Assembly: GCA_021813435.1 (NCBI GenBank) | Contig: JAKAKR010000012.1 | Coordinates: forward strand, 9,982-73,981 | Reading direction: 5' to 3' | DNA length: 64,000 nt | DNA from: Nanobdellota archaeon | GTDB lineage: Archaea > Nanobdellota > Nanobdellia > Woesearchaeales > UBA9642 | Shown here: one piece after another, positions 49,703-59,867 of the stretch | Numbering within the stretch: position 1 is the stretch's first letter | How the letters are laid out: every line of letters begins with the position of its first letter | The notes under the pieces: model-generated | The model's database searches: none | Told to the model about the DNA's origin: nothing | The model's input: only the letters and a program-made list of their open reading frames with translations | Position numbers and translations under genes: made by a program

Positions 49703-50692
49703 GTGATGCAGAACCAAAAGCTACTTGAACAGAAATTTTTTGAAAGAATCAATCACAAGGGCAAATTAGAAGAGATATCCCGAAATGTCTGCCGGGATTA
49801 TAATTTAGGCGATTTTGTTTCCCACAAGCTTATCCCCATTGGTTATGAGGATTTCAATTATGCGCTGGAAACAGACAAGGGCAAGTATTTCGTCAAGGTG
49901 TTTGCAAAATCGCGGACAATCGGTGAATGCAAAAGAATAACCCGGATTATCAAAGAGACGTCATCTGCAAATGTTTCGACCCCAAAACTACATCAATCGA
50001 ATCAGGGGATATGCTATTCAATAAAAAATCCGCATACACAACTCCAGCTCTGCGTCCTTGAATATGTCGACGGCAAGACGATACACGACCTGCATAAACC
50101 ATTGACAAAAAAAGAGATACAATTCATTGCAAGACAGGCAGCGCGCATCAATACGCTTCACATAAAACCATCGTTCATCTATGATGAATGGGCAATACCT
50201 CATTTTTTGAGAGAATACCGCAAAAAGGGCAAGTATCTCAATGCGAAGGACCGCGCGCTCATTGATCAACTTATCACAGCGTATAAGAAATTAAAGTTGG
50301 ATACGCTCCCGCATGCATTTGTCCACGGCGATATATTAACGACTAATATTATCAAGGATACGCATAGAAGGCTATGGATAGTGGATTTTTCTGTAGCAAA
50401 CTATTATCCGAGAATTCAGGAACTTGCGGTTCTTGCATGCAATCCACTCTTCGATGAAAAGAACAAGGACAACAGCGAATACCAATTACAATTGGCGTTA
50501 AAAGAATACCAGAAGATCATTCCATTAACCCGAAGGGAGCAAGATGCACTGCCGACATACATCAAATTGGCGCATGCCATGCATCTATTATCAGCAAATT
50601 ACCAAAAAGTAGTCATGCATAATGTTTCTGAAGAGAATATATATTTCTTGAATCAGGGCAGAAACGGATTGAAACAGATGGGTAAATCATAG
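49703..50692 (+). CDS. Aminoglycoside-phosphotransferase / homoserine kinase type II family kinase
   Basis: GYEDFNY, YFVKVF, HGDILTTN (HxDxxxxN), VDFS. Confidence 0.85.
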   Translation: MMQNQKLLEQKFFERINHKGKLEEISRNVCRDYNLGDFVSHKLIPIGYEDFNYALETDKGKYFVKVFAKSRTIGECKRITRIIKETSSANVSTPKLHQSNQGICYSIKNPHTQLQLCVLEYVDGKTIHDLHKPLTKKEIQFIARQAARINTLHIKPSFIYDEWAIPHFLREYRKKGKYLNAKDRALIDQLITAYKKLKLDTLPHAFVHGDILTTNIIKDTHRRLWIVDFSVANYYPRIQELAVLACNPLFDEKNKDNSEYQLQLALKEYQKIIPLTRREQDALPTYIKLAHAMHLLSANYQKVVMHNVSEENIYFLNQGRNGLKQMGKS

Positions 50693-50700
50693 ATCATAAA

Positions 50701-50773
50701 TGGGCCCGACCGGATTCGAACCGGCGACCTTCTCCACGTCAAGGAGACGTCATAGCCACTAGACTACGAGCCC
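50701..50773 (-). tRNA. tRNA-Val(GAC)
   Basis: GGGCTCG/CGGGCCC acceptor stem, TCTCC-TT GAC GT-GGAGA anticodon arm, GGTTCGAATCC T-loop; CCA not encoded. Confidence 0.96.
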
Positions 50774-50865
50774 ATTGCCATGCAAGATTCAAAATTTATT
50801 TATAAATGTAATGATTTATCGCGCGTCATCTTTAGCGCCCTATTTTTGCAGATGGCACGGTGTTA

Positions 50866-51714
50866 TCACGTCATCAACGGAATAAACACATACGCCGCGG
50901 CTGCGCAGATAAGAAGAACAATAAGGGATCGAAAGATAAAGAGCGTGAGTTTGTCCTGCGGATACGCGACAAGAACACCGCACGCTCCTGCAGAAATGAT
51001 CATAAGTGTCATGATGATCGGGGATTGTATCCCGGAAAAGAATATGATAATACAGCAGACGAGGAATGCGAAAAGCGCTGTACCCCGTCTTCCCAGAACT
51101 GTCGCAATGGTCTTTTGTCCTGCACGGATATCCGGAGTATAATCCGCGAGTGCTCCAAGGGCGTGGAATGCAGCGACCCCTCCTGCAAGAAATACTGCCT
51201 TAACAAGTATTGGTAGGGAATAGGTTCCCTGCAGAAGACCGACCATAAACAATAAGAGTACCATCACACCATTCGATAATGAGTCGACGATCGGCACTTC
51301 CTTGAATCGCAATGGCGGCGCAGAATAATAATACGCAAAGAACAAGAGCAGGATGATAAGAATCAGCGGATAATAATTATGGATCATGAACGCATCGCCG
51401 ATACTGAGGAGAAGAATGAGTATTCCTGCAAAGAATACTGCGCGGCGCATCAATGCATGCGCTTGAGGCTTGAGGACTGCCCCCTCAATCCCTCCCTTGC
51501 GGGAATTGCGCTTATCCGTAGGATAATCATAGATATCATTAGTCCCGAAGACAAAAAGTGAGAGCGCAATAGCAAAAAATACGCTAAAGATCATAAACCC
51601 CGGCGTCAGCACGCTCCTGCAGGCGTATGCGCCTGCAAGCAGGGTACAGAGTATGACAATCCAGAAGGCCGGCCTACTGGTCTTGAGAAGTACCCGCCAC
51701 TGTTTTTCTGACAT
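50866..51714 (-). CDS. UbiA family prenyltransferase
   Basis: SRP, NDIYDYPTD, YSAPPLRFK, DYTPD..AG..TIAT..G. Confidence 0.88.
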   Translation of the reverse strand: MSEKQWRVLLKTSRPAFWIVILCTLLAGAYACRSVLTPGFMIFSVFFAIALSLFVFGTNDIYDYPTDKRNSRKGGIEGAVLKPQAHALMRRAVFFAGILILLLSIGDAFMIHNYYPLILIILLLFFAYYYSAPPLRFKEVPIVDSLSNGVMVLLLFMVGLLQGTYSLPILVKAVFLAGGVAAFHALGALADYTPDIRAGQKTIATVLGRRGTALFAFLVCCIIIFFSGIQSPIIMTLMIISAGACGVLVAYPQDKLTLFIFRSLIVLLICAAAAYVFIPLMT

Positions 51715-51748
51715 AACACATATAAACCCGGAATGATTTAATAATGTT

Positions 51749-52261
51749 ATGGATAACTATTATGACGGCATTGCCGAAGGATACGAGGAATTGCATGGTG
51801 CAGAGCAATTGCAGAAACTTGCAATCATCAGGCATACACTTACTACGCAGCCGCAATTGAAGGGATTCATCAACCCCTCAGATTCACTTCTTGATGTGGG
51901 ATGCGGAACAGGCATTGGCACAGCATATTTTGACTGCGCGCGCCGTGTAGGAATTGATCCCAGCGCGCAACTTATCGCACGCGCGCGAAAAGGCGCATCA
52001 AGTTATAGTGTCGGATGCGCAGAGAAACTTCCGTTCTTCGACCACGAATTCGATGTCATTATCTCGCTTACCGCAATCCAGAACTTTGATGATATCAAGA
52101 AAGGTCTTTCTGAGATAAAACGCGTCGGAAAGAAGCGGTTCATCTTGACTGTTCTCCAGCGCAGCGAGAAGTATGCCCTGATTGATGAGATGATCAAAAA
52201 AACATTTACTGTCATCATGACCATTGCTGAGGAAAAAGACATGATCTATTTCTGTACATAA
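51749..52261 (+). CDS. Class I SAM-dependent methyltransferase
   Basis: LLDVGCGTG, GIDPS, AEKLPF..FDVI. Confidence 0.9.
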   Translation: MDNYYDGIAEGYEELHGAEQLQKLAIIRHTLTTQPQLKGFINPSDSLLDVGCGTGIGTAYFDCARRVGIDPSAQLIARARKGASSYSVGCAEKLPFFDHEFDVIISLTAIQNFDDIKKGLSEIKRVGKKRFILTVLQRSEKYALIDEMIKKTFTVIMTIAEEKDMIYFCT

Positions 52262-52357
52262 TAGTCTATCCTGCAAGAAATTATTCTATCGCAGATAAAA
52301 ATATAAAAGTATAAAAAGAGTTTTGTAAAGAAAAGTACATTACCAAAAAAAGTGTAT

Positions 52358-54061
52358 TTATTCTTTGAGCAGGTTCTCTGCAATGACTGCAAATGCAGGA
52401 CGGGTGATGAATACTCCGATGCTGATGCCAAGAACCGTGGTGATTGCAAATCCTTTCAAAAGACCGGCTCCGGCAAAGAGAAGCGGGATCATTGCAACGA
52501 CCAATGTGAAATAGCTTGCATACACAATAAAGAATGCATTCTTGATCTTATCTTTCCAGCCTAAGGATGAACTCGTATCAGAACGGTAATTGCCGCTGAT
52601 CTCATCAATGATGACCAGTTGACTATCAACGCCGGTACCGATAGCGATGATGATTGCTGCGACTGCAATCAAGTCTATGTTCCATCCGATGAGTGCTGCA
52701 GCGCCAAGAAGGATAATAACTTCAGAGATGAGCGTGATTGCAACAGGGATTGAGACCACAAGTTTGCGATAGCGCAACATGATGATTCCTACCACCAGAA
52801 TCATTGCGATGAGTCCAACAATAAGCGTGTTGCCGATGAACTGGTTGCCCAGAGTCGGGCTCATGGTATCGACATTGACGATCTGCAATTTGACCGGAAG
52901 CGATCCTGTGATAAGAATAGTCTGCAATCGCTTCATATTCTGCCCGGCGCTTGTCATTGCTTCCTGTTGTGTCGGGCCGCTGCCAGAACCCGATATGGAG
53001 ATGTCAGTTTCCGCGCGTCCTTTCAGGCTCTCGCCGATGCGCAGGGTATCAACTTTCTCGTCATCAAGATACAGGTCAAGGTTTTCTGCCAGAAATCCCT
53101 CGCCATTCTCGACAGTCACTGCCATATTCTTGGTGAGGTCTGCCTGCAATTGTGCAGCCTCAGGACTCATAGTGATTGCAAATACGAATTTACAATAATA
53201 CTGATTGCCTTGCTTTCCACATTGCTGGATGCGCGCGCAGTCAGCGGTCTTGCAGACATACTTGATGTCTGTTCCGCCACGGAACACTGTAGTATTGCCG
53301 ATCTTTCCCTCGAACTTGCCCTGTTTTGAGATGAGATCCTTGACTTCTTCATCGCTTGCACCGGCAATATCGACCTGGATGAATTTTTGTCCTTCAAGAT
53401 CAGAAGTTGTCTTGACCACAATGTCGCTGAGTCCGTACACATTCAGTCGTTGGGTCATGCCGTCCACAAGCGAGTCCAATTCATCCTGGGTCACATTGGT
53501 CTCAGGTTTCAAGAGTACGCTTGTTCCGCCCTGGAGATCAAGTCCCATGCGAATATTTGATGTCGGCGCATTATAGACTTTCAGTCCAATGTCATCTGCG
53601 CCGATGATTCGCGAGCTTGTCTTATTGACGAGTACCTCGGTTGTGGTATTGACTGTCTGGTTGAGTGTGGTATTAAAGTATGTCGTAGTCACATTCTGCC
53701 ATTCAGTCTCGTTGAGAATTGTGACCTCATATTTTGGCTTTACCACCACGCGATAGATTGAACTGGTGGTCTTGATCGAGAGCGTCGTGTTTGGCGTCAA
53801 TGATATCATGACTTTTGCATAATCATTCACGTTGGTGATAGGGATATTATTGATTGCGGTGATGACTTCACGCGACATTGGCGGAGCATTGGGCTTGGGA
53901 CTGGGAACTCCTGCAGCATAGGCCGCAGAATCCTTGACCACACTGCGGATCGCGACACCCTTTGCAAAGGGATTCGGGTGCAGTGCGATAAGTGCAAAGA
54001 CAAGACAGAGTATCAAAAGCCAGATCTTCCAGTTATGAAATATTTTTTTGATTGCACTCAT
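52358..54061 (-). CDS. secD: Protein translocase subunit SecD
   Basis: GLDLQGGT, RLNVYGLSD, GSLP, SPTLG, GTGVD, GFAITT motifs. Confidence 0.92.
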   Translation of the reverse strand: MSAIKKIFHNWKIWLLILCLVFALIALHPNPFAKGVAIRSVVKDSAAYAAGVPSPKPNAPPMSREVITAINNIPITNVNDYAKVMISLTPNTTLSIKTTSSIYRVVVKPKYEVTILNETEWQNVTTTYFNTTLNQTVNTTTEVLVNKTSSRIIGADDIGLKVYNAPTSNIRMGLDLQGGTSVLLKPETNVTQDELDSLVDGMTQRLNVYGLSDIVVKTTSDLEGQKFIQVDIAGASDEEVKDLISKQGKFEGKIGNTTVFRGGTDIKYVCKTADCARIQQCGKQGNQYYCKFVFAITMSPEAAQLQADLTKNMAVTVENGEGFLAENLDLYLDDEKVDTLRIGESLKGRAETDISISGSGSGPTQQEAMTSAGQNMKRLQTILITGSLPVKLQIVNVDTMSPTLGNQFIGNTLIVGLIAMILVVGIIMLRYRKLVVSIPVAITLISEVIILLGAAALIGWNIDLIAVAAIIIAIGTGVDSQLVIIDEISGNYRSDTSSSLGWKDKIKNAFFIVYASYFTLVVAMIPLLFAGAGLLKGFAITTVLGISIGVFITRPAFAVIAENLLKE

Positions 54062-54094
54062 GGTACTAGTATCCTTTATTTTCGATCATATCTT

Positions 54095-55330
54095 TTACTT
54101 CCAACCCTTCCGCTCAAGATGCCAGCGCAGGATTCCTGCATTCTGGATCCAGGTGAACACAATATCGCCGACTAATCCTACGGCAAGGATGAACATGATT
54201 TCCTTGATAACATCAGAACTCGTGAAAAAGTATGCTGAGAGCACTGCAATGAGCGCTGAAAATGACATCATAAGACCGGTCTTCATTGCGCCGATCATGC
54301 GATCAAACACTGCGCCCTCTCTTCGCTTGAGGACGCGAACTGACATCAGAATATCAGTGTCAATGCTGTAACCGACGAGCATGAGGAATGCTGCGACTCC
54401 AGCAATATTGAGTTTCATGCCGGATAAGTTGAATATGGCAAGTGAAAAAAAGATATCAGAGATCGCGCAGAGGATGATTGCAAAACTGGGAACACTCGTG
54501 CGCAGATACATGACCATAAGGCCAACCCAAAGTATCAACGCCAGGATAATCGTGATCAGCGCGTGACCATAAAACATGATGATTCCTGCAAGGATTGAGA
54601 CACCGGTCGCAATCCACTTCAATTTTATTCCTTCACCAAAATAGAGGAAGACAACAAGGCTCATAAAGAGAAATGCAATGAATACTGCCTTGAGTGTCTG
54701 CGTGAAAAATGAAGTGCCAAGGCTTGGACCGACTGCACGTACTGAGATGTCGGCAGCAGTGAGTTCAGGGAATTGTTCTTTTAATGTTGCGGTGAGTTCT
54801 GGCTCAGAGACTCCTGATGCATCAACGATGATTCCGCCGAATGATCCAGTCGTGCTGCTTCCAAAACTACGCACAGTGATATCGGCAGTAGGATACGCTT
54901 TTGCAAAATATCTTCCTACAGCGTCCGGATCAACAGTGTGGGAGAGCTGCGCAGTAAGCGTTATTCCGCCGGTCAGCGAAGCGCCTTTATGGACAATCTC
55001 TCCTGTTGTTGCGTATTGATAGCCGATAACTACAAGGGAGAATATCAAAAGAAGCATGGAAAAGAGCATAAGGGCTTTGTAATGTTTTTCATAGAGCCCG
55101 ATAATGATGTGGTGTTTTTGGTGATGGGATTCCTGCGATTCATGAACCGGTTTATGCGCATGATGCGCAGGCGCTTTGTGCTCAGAAGTGTGTTGATGCT
55201 TTTGCGTTCCAGAATTTTGCGCTCCTGCATTCTCTTCGCGCGGCGCAGCAGTGTTTTTTTGAGAAGGCGCAGGTGTTGCAACTGGTTCTCCTGCAGTATC
55301 CCCCTCATCCTGGATTATCTCATCACTCAT
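54095..55330 (-). CDS. secF: Protein translocase subunit SecF
   Basis: LTGG, VGPSLG..F, AAFLMLVGYSIDTDI, TWIQNAGIL. Confidence 0.92.
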   Translation of the reverse strand: MSDEIIQDEGDTAGEPVATPAPSQKNTAAPREENAGAQNSGTQKHQHTSEHKAPAHHAHKPVHESQESHHQKHHIIIGLYEKHYKALMLFSMLLLIFSLVVIGYQYATTGEIVHKGASLTGGITLTAQLSHTVDPDAVGRYFAKAYPTADITVRSFGSSTTGSFGGIIVDASGVSEPELTATLKEQFPELTAADISVRAVGPSLGTSFFTQTLKAVFIAFLFMSLVVFLYFGEGIKLKWIATGVSILAGIIMFYGHALITIILALILWVGLMVMYLRTSVPSFAIILCAISDIFFSLAIFNLSGMKLNIAGVAAFLMLVGYSIDTDILMSVRVLKRREGAVFDRMIGAMKTGLMMSFSALIAVLSAYFFTSSDVIKEIMFILAVGLVGDIVFTWIQNAGILRWHLERKGWK

Positions 55331-55604
55331 GATTTATGCGGATTGGTCATAATTTTATAAATATTTCTATTTTCAGATAATACAGGATTACTGATACAAT
55401 CCGGTCACGCTTTAAGGTCACGTCCATGATATACTAGTGGTACACGATATTGACATAATTATTGGCATACTATATATAGTAAGCGGATATACTGGACTGA
55501 TATAGGGTTAATAACAGATGTTGATGAGTGGTTAGAGACCACGGCCTGGTATAATTTAGCGTCTTCTCGCTCACGCAAATGTCTTTCACTGAATTAAAGG
55601 ATAA

Positions 55605-55759
55605 AGTCAATTTAAGTATCAAACGTTTCGTGTGTGCCATCTGCTTGCAGCGATCGATAATTATTAGAAAGAAAAATCTCTCTTGGAATCTCTGATTTTT
55701 CTTGCAGTTATGACATAAGTGCTGCAAGCCTTATGATGGCAAACACACTCAACTTGACT
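55605..55759. repeat. Long intergenic palindrome, copy C
   Basis: Nested stems AGTCAA/TTGACT, GTGTGTGCCATC/GATGGCAAACACAC, GCTTGCAGC/GCTGCAAGC, AAGAAAAATC/GATTTTTCTT. Confidence 0.7.
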
Positions 55760-55802
55760 GCACTGAATTACGGTAATATTTTTAAATAGGAATACCCAGA
55801 GC

Positions 55803-56303
55803 ATGATGATGAAGAGGTGGAACAGTACTGCACAGATATCGCTCGAATACCTATTAATCATCGGGATATCGCTTGCAATACTCATCCCGACAAGCCTCTT
55901 TTTCTACCAATACACCCAATCATCCAATGAAGGGGTTATCCGCTCACAGATCGCAAAGATCGGCAACACCATGCTCAAGAACAGCGAGCAGATCTATGGG
56001 ATGGCTGAGGGGTCACGGGTAACTGTCGATATGGATTTTCCTGCAAACATCAACAGCATCACTGTCCTCAACAAGAATGAGATTGTCATCCAATATGAGC
56101 TGAGCAGCGGGACAAGCGAAGCAGTCTTCTACTCGCCGGTTGATATCACAACACCCATCAATCTCTCCACTAATGCAACGTGCACTGGCAATTGCACCCT
56201 GCTTCCCTGGACCAACTCAACCCTCGGGACATTTGCAGAAGGACTGCATCATATCAAATTCGAGTCAGAGACCAGTTTCGTGCTTATGAGCATCACTTCT
56301 TAA
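55803..56303 (+). CDS. Class III signal peptide (type IV pilin-like) protein
   Basis: AQISLEYLLIIG motif (QxSxE) plus hydrophobic helix. Confidence 0.85.
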   Translation: MMMKRWNSTAQISLEYLLIIGISLAILIPTSLFFYQYTQSSNEGVIRSQIAKIGNTMLKNSEQIYGMAEGSRVTVDMDFPANINSITVLNKNEIVIQYELSSGTSEAVFYSPVDITTPINLSTNATCTGNCTLLPWTNSTLGTFAEGLHHIKFESETSFVLMSITS

Positions 56304-56304
56304 G

Positions 56305-56754
56305 ATGAGAAATAATATCAAGGCGCAATACAGTGTGGAATTTATCATACTGACCACATTCATGTTCTTTGTCTTTATCGTCATCTTTATTCTCGTACAG
56401 CACTATATGGTGTCCCACGTCAGCACCCTTGATGACACTGCTGCAGAGAATGTGATGAACAAGGTCCTCAATGAGATCAGGATTGCCGAGGCAGTCAGCG
56501 ACCATTATTTCCGCCAGTTCAGAATCCAAGAAACCATCAACGGCAAAACATACACGATTGCAATCATCCCGGGGGTTGGGAATAGTTCTGAGATTGTCAT
56601 CAAATACGCTGATGCGTCAAAAGAACGGATCTATTTTCTCGAATATTATATTAGTAATGAATCAACCATTGATCAGGGATGCAACAGCATCTCCAAGGAT
56701 AACGGCATTATCCTGCTCCGAACTGTTGCCGCAATCAATTGCACTGCGCAATAG
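56305..56754 (+). CDS. Class III signal peptide (type IV pilin-like) protein
   Basis: KAQYSVEFIIL motif plus hydrophobic helix. Confidence 0.85.
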   Translation: MRNNIKAQYSVEFIILTTFMFFVFIVIFILVQHYMVSHVSTLDDTAAENVMNKVLNEIRIAEAVSDHYFRQFRIQETINGKTYTIAIIPGVGNSSEIVIKYADASKERIYFLEYYISNESTIDQGCNSISKDNGIILLRTVAAINCTAQ

Positions 56755-56968
56755 ACGCGTGTCTGTTCGACGATCATTTTGAAAGGATGCTCATCTTCAG
56801 GCAACGTATATGTTCTACTGCATGCGTCTTCTTCAATAAACTTTTTAAATGAGCGGCTTGATAGTCCACTCTTTTATCGAGAAAACAATCGATAAAAAGA
56901 GTGAATGGTGAAAAAGAGTAGTACGATAACACTGTTCTGTAACGTATTGATTGATGGAGACTTCGCGT

Positions 56969-57622
56969 ATGATTGCACAATTAAAAATAGTGTTCCAGGA
57001 TTTTTTTGACACAATTTTTGGAACCCAAAAAGTGATTAGGATCGGACTGTATGGTCCGCCCAACAGCGGCAAGACAACGCTTGCAAACCGGATCTGCAAA
57101 GATATTCTCAACTCTGAGGAGGATTTTGGCGAGGTTTCCAGCATCGCCCATGAAACGCGCAAGATCAATGTGAAAGAGCGTGTCATCATGGCGCGCAATG
57201 GCAAGAAGGTCATCTTTGACCTTATCGATACGCCCGGGATTGCAACGCGCATTGATTATGAGAAGTTTGCGCGTGCAGGCATGAGCGATCGCGAGGCAAA
57301 GCAGCGCGCAAAAGAGGCGACACGCGGCGTCATTGAATCCATCAAATGGCTCGACAAAGTCGACGTTGTCCTCATGGTCCTTGACTCAACAAAAAATCCC
57401 TATAATCAGGTCAATCTCACAATCATCGGAAATCTTGAGGCGCGCAAGATCCCCGTCATTATTGCCGCAAACAAGACCGACCTCAAATCGAGCAAACTGG
57501 ATCGGGTCACCCAATCATTCCCCAAATACCCCGTCATTGGCATCAGCGCAAGATTCTCAAAGAATATGGACGAATTCTATGATGCAGTGCTCAAGGCCAA
57601 AAAACATATCAGGAAGAGATAA
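56969..57622 (+). CDS. oapA: Era-like GTP-binding protein (OapA)
   Basis: GPPNSGKTTLANRI, HETR, DTPG, AKEAT.GVIE, NKTD, ISA. Confidence 0.85.
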   Translation: MIAQLKIVFQDFFDTIFGTQKVIRIGLYGPPNSGKTTLANRICKDILNSEEDFGEVSSIAHETRKINVKERVIMARNGKKVIFDLIDTPGIATRIDYEKFARAGMSDREAKQRAKEATRGVIESIKWLDKVDVVLMVLDSTKNPYNQVNLTIIGNLEARKIPVIIAANKTDLKSSKLDRVTQSFPKYPVIGISARFSKNMDEFYDAVLKAKKHIRKR

Positions 57623-57623
57623 G

Positions 57624-58106
57624 ATGCTCACATTCCAATATATCCCCTCTGCACGTATCGCGCAGCTTAGCGCTGAAGAGAAAATCAAACTCATTCTTGC
57701 ACTGATCAAAGAACACAAGGTGTTGATCATCGAAGGCAGACTGCAACCTGCAGAAGAAGTAGCATTAATCGCGCGCACCATGGACAATCTCTATGAGGAG
57801 TTTACTGCATTCAAGGGTATTGAGATCGGAATATTGCAGAATACCGTGCCGGCGCCGGAAATTTCAGGATTCAAGAGATTCAAAAAGAGACTTGCATCCA
57901 TGCTTGTCAAAGAAGAGCCGCGGCCAGAAGGCATCACTATCATCGGTCCTGCAAAGATCATAAAAGAGATCAAGGAAGAGCCTGAAAAACTTGAGATGCA
58001 TTTCCAGAAGATGTTTCTGCAATCACACCTGAAGATTCCGCGTAACACTGCAAAGAAAAAGCGCAAAAGCGTATCGGGAAAAAAGGGTAACCAGAGGAAA
58101 AGATAA
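57624..58106 (+). CDS. oapB: DUF2073 family protein (OapB)
   Basis: MLTFQYIP..EKIKLIL..IIEGRL..EE.ALI..TM..GIEI..GITIIGPA; start corrected from 57333. Confidence 0.8.
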   Translation: MLTFQYIPSARIAQLSAEEKIKLILALIKEHKVLIIEGRLQPAEEVALIARTMDNLYEEFTAFKGIEIGILQNTVPAPEISGFKRFKKRLASMLVKEEPRPEGITIIGPAKIIKEIKEEPEKLEMHFQKMFLQSHLKIPRNTAKKKRKSVSGKKGNQRKR

Positions 58107-58447
58107 TGCAGCACAAATGCACCAATTGCGGGATGGTGTACGCCAAGGATTCTGACGAGATACTGCAGGGCTGCAGTTGCGGAAACAAGCTCTTCTATTT
58201 TATTGGCGACGGAAAAAAGAAGGAGAGTACGACATCAGTCGGATACGCTACAGAGATCACTGTTGACGATGACGACCAGGGGATGATTGTCTTTGATACT
58301 GAGGCAGTCAATATCATTGCAAACGGCAAGTATGAGATCGACATCAACGCGCTCATCAGCACGCCGGAAAGCATTGTCTATTGTTATGGCGACGGAAAGT
58401 ACAGCATTGACATTAGTGACAATCCAAAAATCCGGCGCAAGAAATAG
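58106..58447 (+). CDS. oapC: Zn-ribbon protein (OapC, DUF2072-like)
   Basis: MQHKCTNCG..ILQGCSCGNKLFYF, GKYEID repeats. Confidence 0.8.
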   Translation: MQHKCTNCGMVYAKDSDEILQGCSCGNKLFYFIGDGKKKESTTSVGYATEITVDDDDQGMIVFDTEAVNIIANGKYEIDINALISTPESIVYCYGDGKYSIDISDNPKIRRKK

Positions 58448-58520
58448 ACCATAATAACACCCCGATAGATGAGTACTAAACAAGAGTAATATTTTTATAT
58501 TGCTTCTTATTCCACGGGCC

Positions 58521-59027
58521 ATGGGTATTGAATTATACGCAAAGGAGGTCTCAGGCAAAAACGGGATCCCTTTTATTGCATACAAGATACAGACCATGTA
58601 CGATCATGCAGACGAAAAACTCGAGGAGATCGTTGCCGCTCATGGAATCAACGGATTCGGAAAACCTGCGCATGATCCGCGCATCATTCCCTCACGCGCA
58701 TGGATGCGCAAATACTTTATTGATGAATTGCCGCAGATATACAATGTCCTCAAAGGGGAAATGAGTATTGTGGGCATTAGGCCAAAAAGTGTAGCATACT
58801 GGGCGCTTGAACCTCAAGAATTACAGAAAGAAGCATTGTGTTACCGGCCGGGATTGTTTGGCGTAACATACGCACTTGGCGATCTCCAGAATAAAACACG
58901 CAAAGATATTATCGAATTCCAAAAACAGTATCTCACAGAGAAAAAGCAACACCCATTCAGAACCGATATAAAATATTTCTTCAGGATCATGTATAACATC
59001 CTATGCAAAAAAAGCCGCAGCTGTTGA
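58521..59027 (+). CDS. Bacterial-type sugar transferase (phosphoglycosyltransferase catalytic domain)
   Basis: GKNGIPF..YKIQTM, DPRI, RKYFIDELPQIYNVLKGEMSIVG.RP, RPG. Confidence 0.85.
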   Translation: MGIELYAKEVSGKNGIPFIAYKIQTMYDHADEKLEEIVAAHGINGFGKPAHDPRIIPSRAWMRKYFIDELPQIYNVLKGEMSIVGIRPKSVAYWALEPQELQKEALCYRPGLFGVTYALGDLQNKTRKDIIEFQKQYLTEKKQHPFRTDIKYFFRIMYNILCKKSRSC

Positions 59028-59096
59028 CGCGATTGTTAACGGTAAGAATACACACCGACCTATTCAGATTCTGGATTAATGAACATTAGTGAAGAA

Positions 59097-59825
59097 TCAT
59101 TTTTCTGCGGCATCCCAGAGTATCTTCCAGTACTTGTCGTAGGAATCTGCAGCTTCCTTGTTATGGATCATGATCCCGATAGGCTCGTCGGTCCAGATGA
59201 TGATTCCGACCCGATCGTTTCTGATGATTGTTTCGGTGAGCGGTTCGAATCCGGCTTTATGATACCGCACTTCTATACGTTCATGATTATATTTTTTTGC
59301 AGCATCCCATTTTTTCAATGAGTTGTTAAAGACTAATTTTGCAGATATTCCTTTCTGCGCCCGCCGTTTATGGTATGCCACCCACCATGCGTCGGAGATC
59401 ATGAGTGATTTTATTGATGATCCAAAGGTGTGGTGCTCTGTTCCTCCTGCATCGAGTAATTCCAGGAGCATCTCCTTGACTCCGCGTATGCCGTGGAAGA
59501 GCACTGTCGAAGGCTTGTGTTTGGCAAGCGACTGTTTGAGCAGCAGTTCAGGGAGGAGTGATTCAAACCGTTCTTTTTTTTCATTGATGTAGGATACGAT
59601 ATTCTGTGGGTTTGATGCCTGGTAATGTGTCCGCTTCCCTTCTTTCACGAGGGACAGCAATCCTTTATCCAAGAGTTTCTGGAATGTGTTGTAGACCACA
59701 GAGCTTTGCAGGCCGGATTTTTCGATGATAGGCCCCGCGGTGCTGCTTCCTAATTCTAATAACGCAAGATAGACCCGTATCTCGGCATTCGTAAGTCCGA
59801 TATCCTCGAGTATTGAGGGATCCAT
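59097..59825 (-). CDS. TrmB family transcription regulator
   Basis: LEDIGLTNAEIRVYLALLELG, wHTH, F.GIRG, C-terminal effector domain. Confidence 0.9.
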   Translation of the reverse strand: MDPSILEDIGLTNAEIRVYLALLELGSSTAGPIIEKSGLQSSVVYNTFQKLLDKGLLSLVKEGKRTHYQASNPQNIVSYINEKKERFESLLPELLLKQSLAKHKPSTVLFHGIRGVKEMLLELLDAGGTEHHTFGSSIKSLMISDAWWVAYHKRRAQKGISAKLVFNNSLKKWDAAKKYNHERIEVRYHKAGFEPLTETIIRNDRVGIIIWTDEPIGIMIHNKEAADSYDKYWKILWDAAEK

Positions 59826-59867
59826 ACTTTATTTGTGCTCATGCAATATATAAAACTTTCTTTTTTC

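Noticed and set aside
42474..50773. Island integrated at tRNA-Val(GAC) by a tyrosine integrase
   Set aside because: No integrase and no duplicated tRNA 3' end seen; the boundaries are explained by TIRs and a target duplication about 1 kb from the tRNA
55331..55802. Replication origin near oapABC
   Set aside because: No recognisable ORB repeats or cdc6/orc1; the main structure is palindrome copy C
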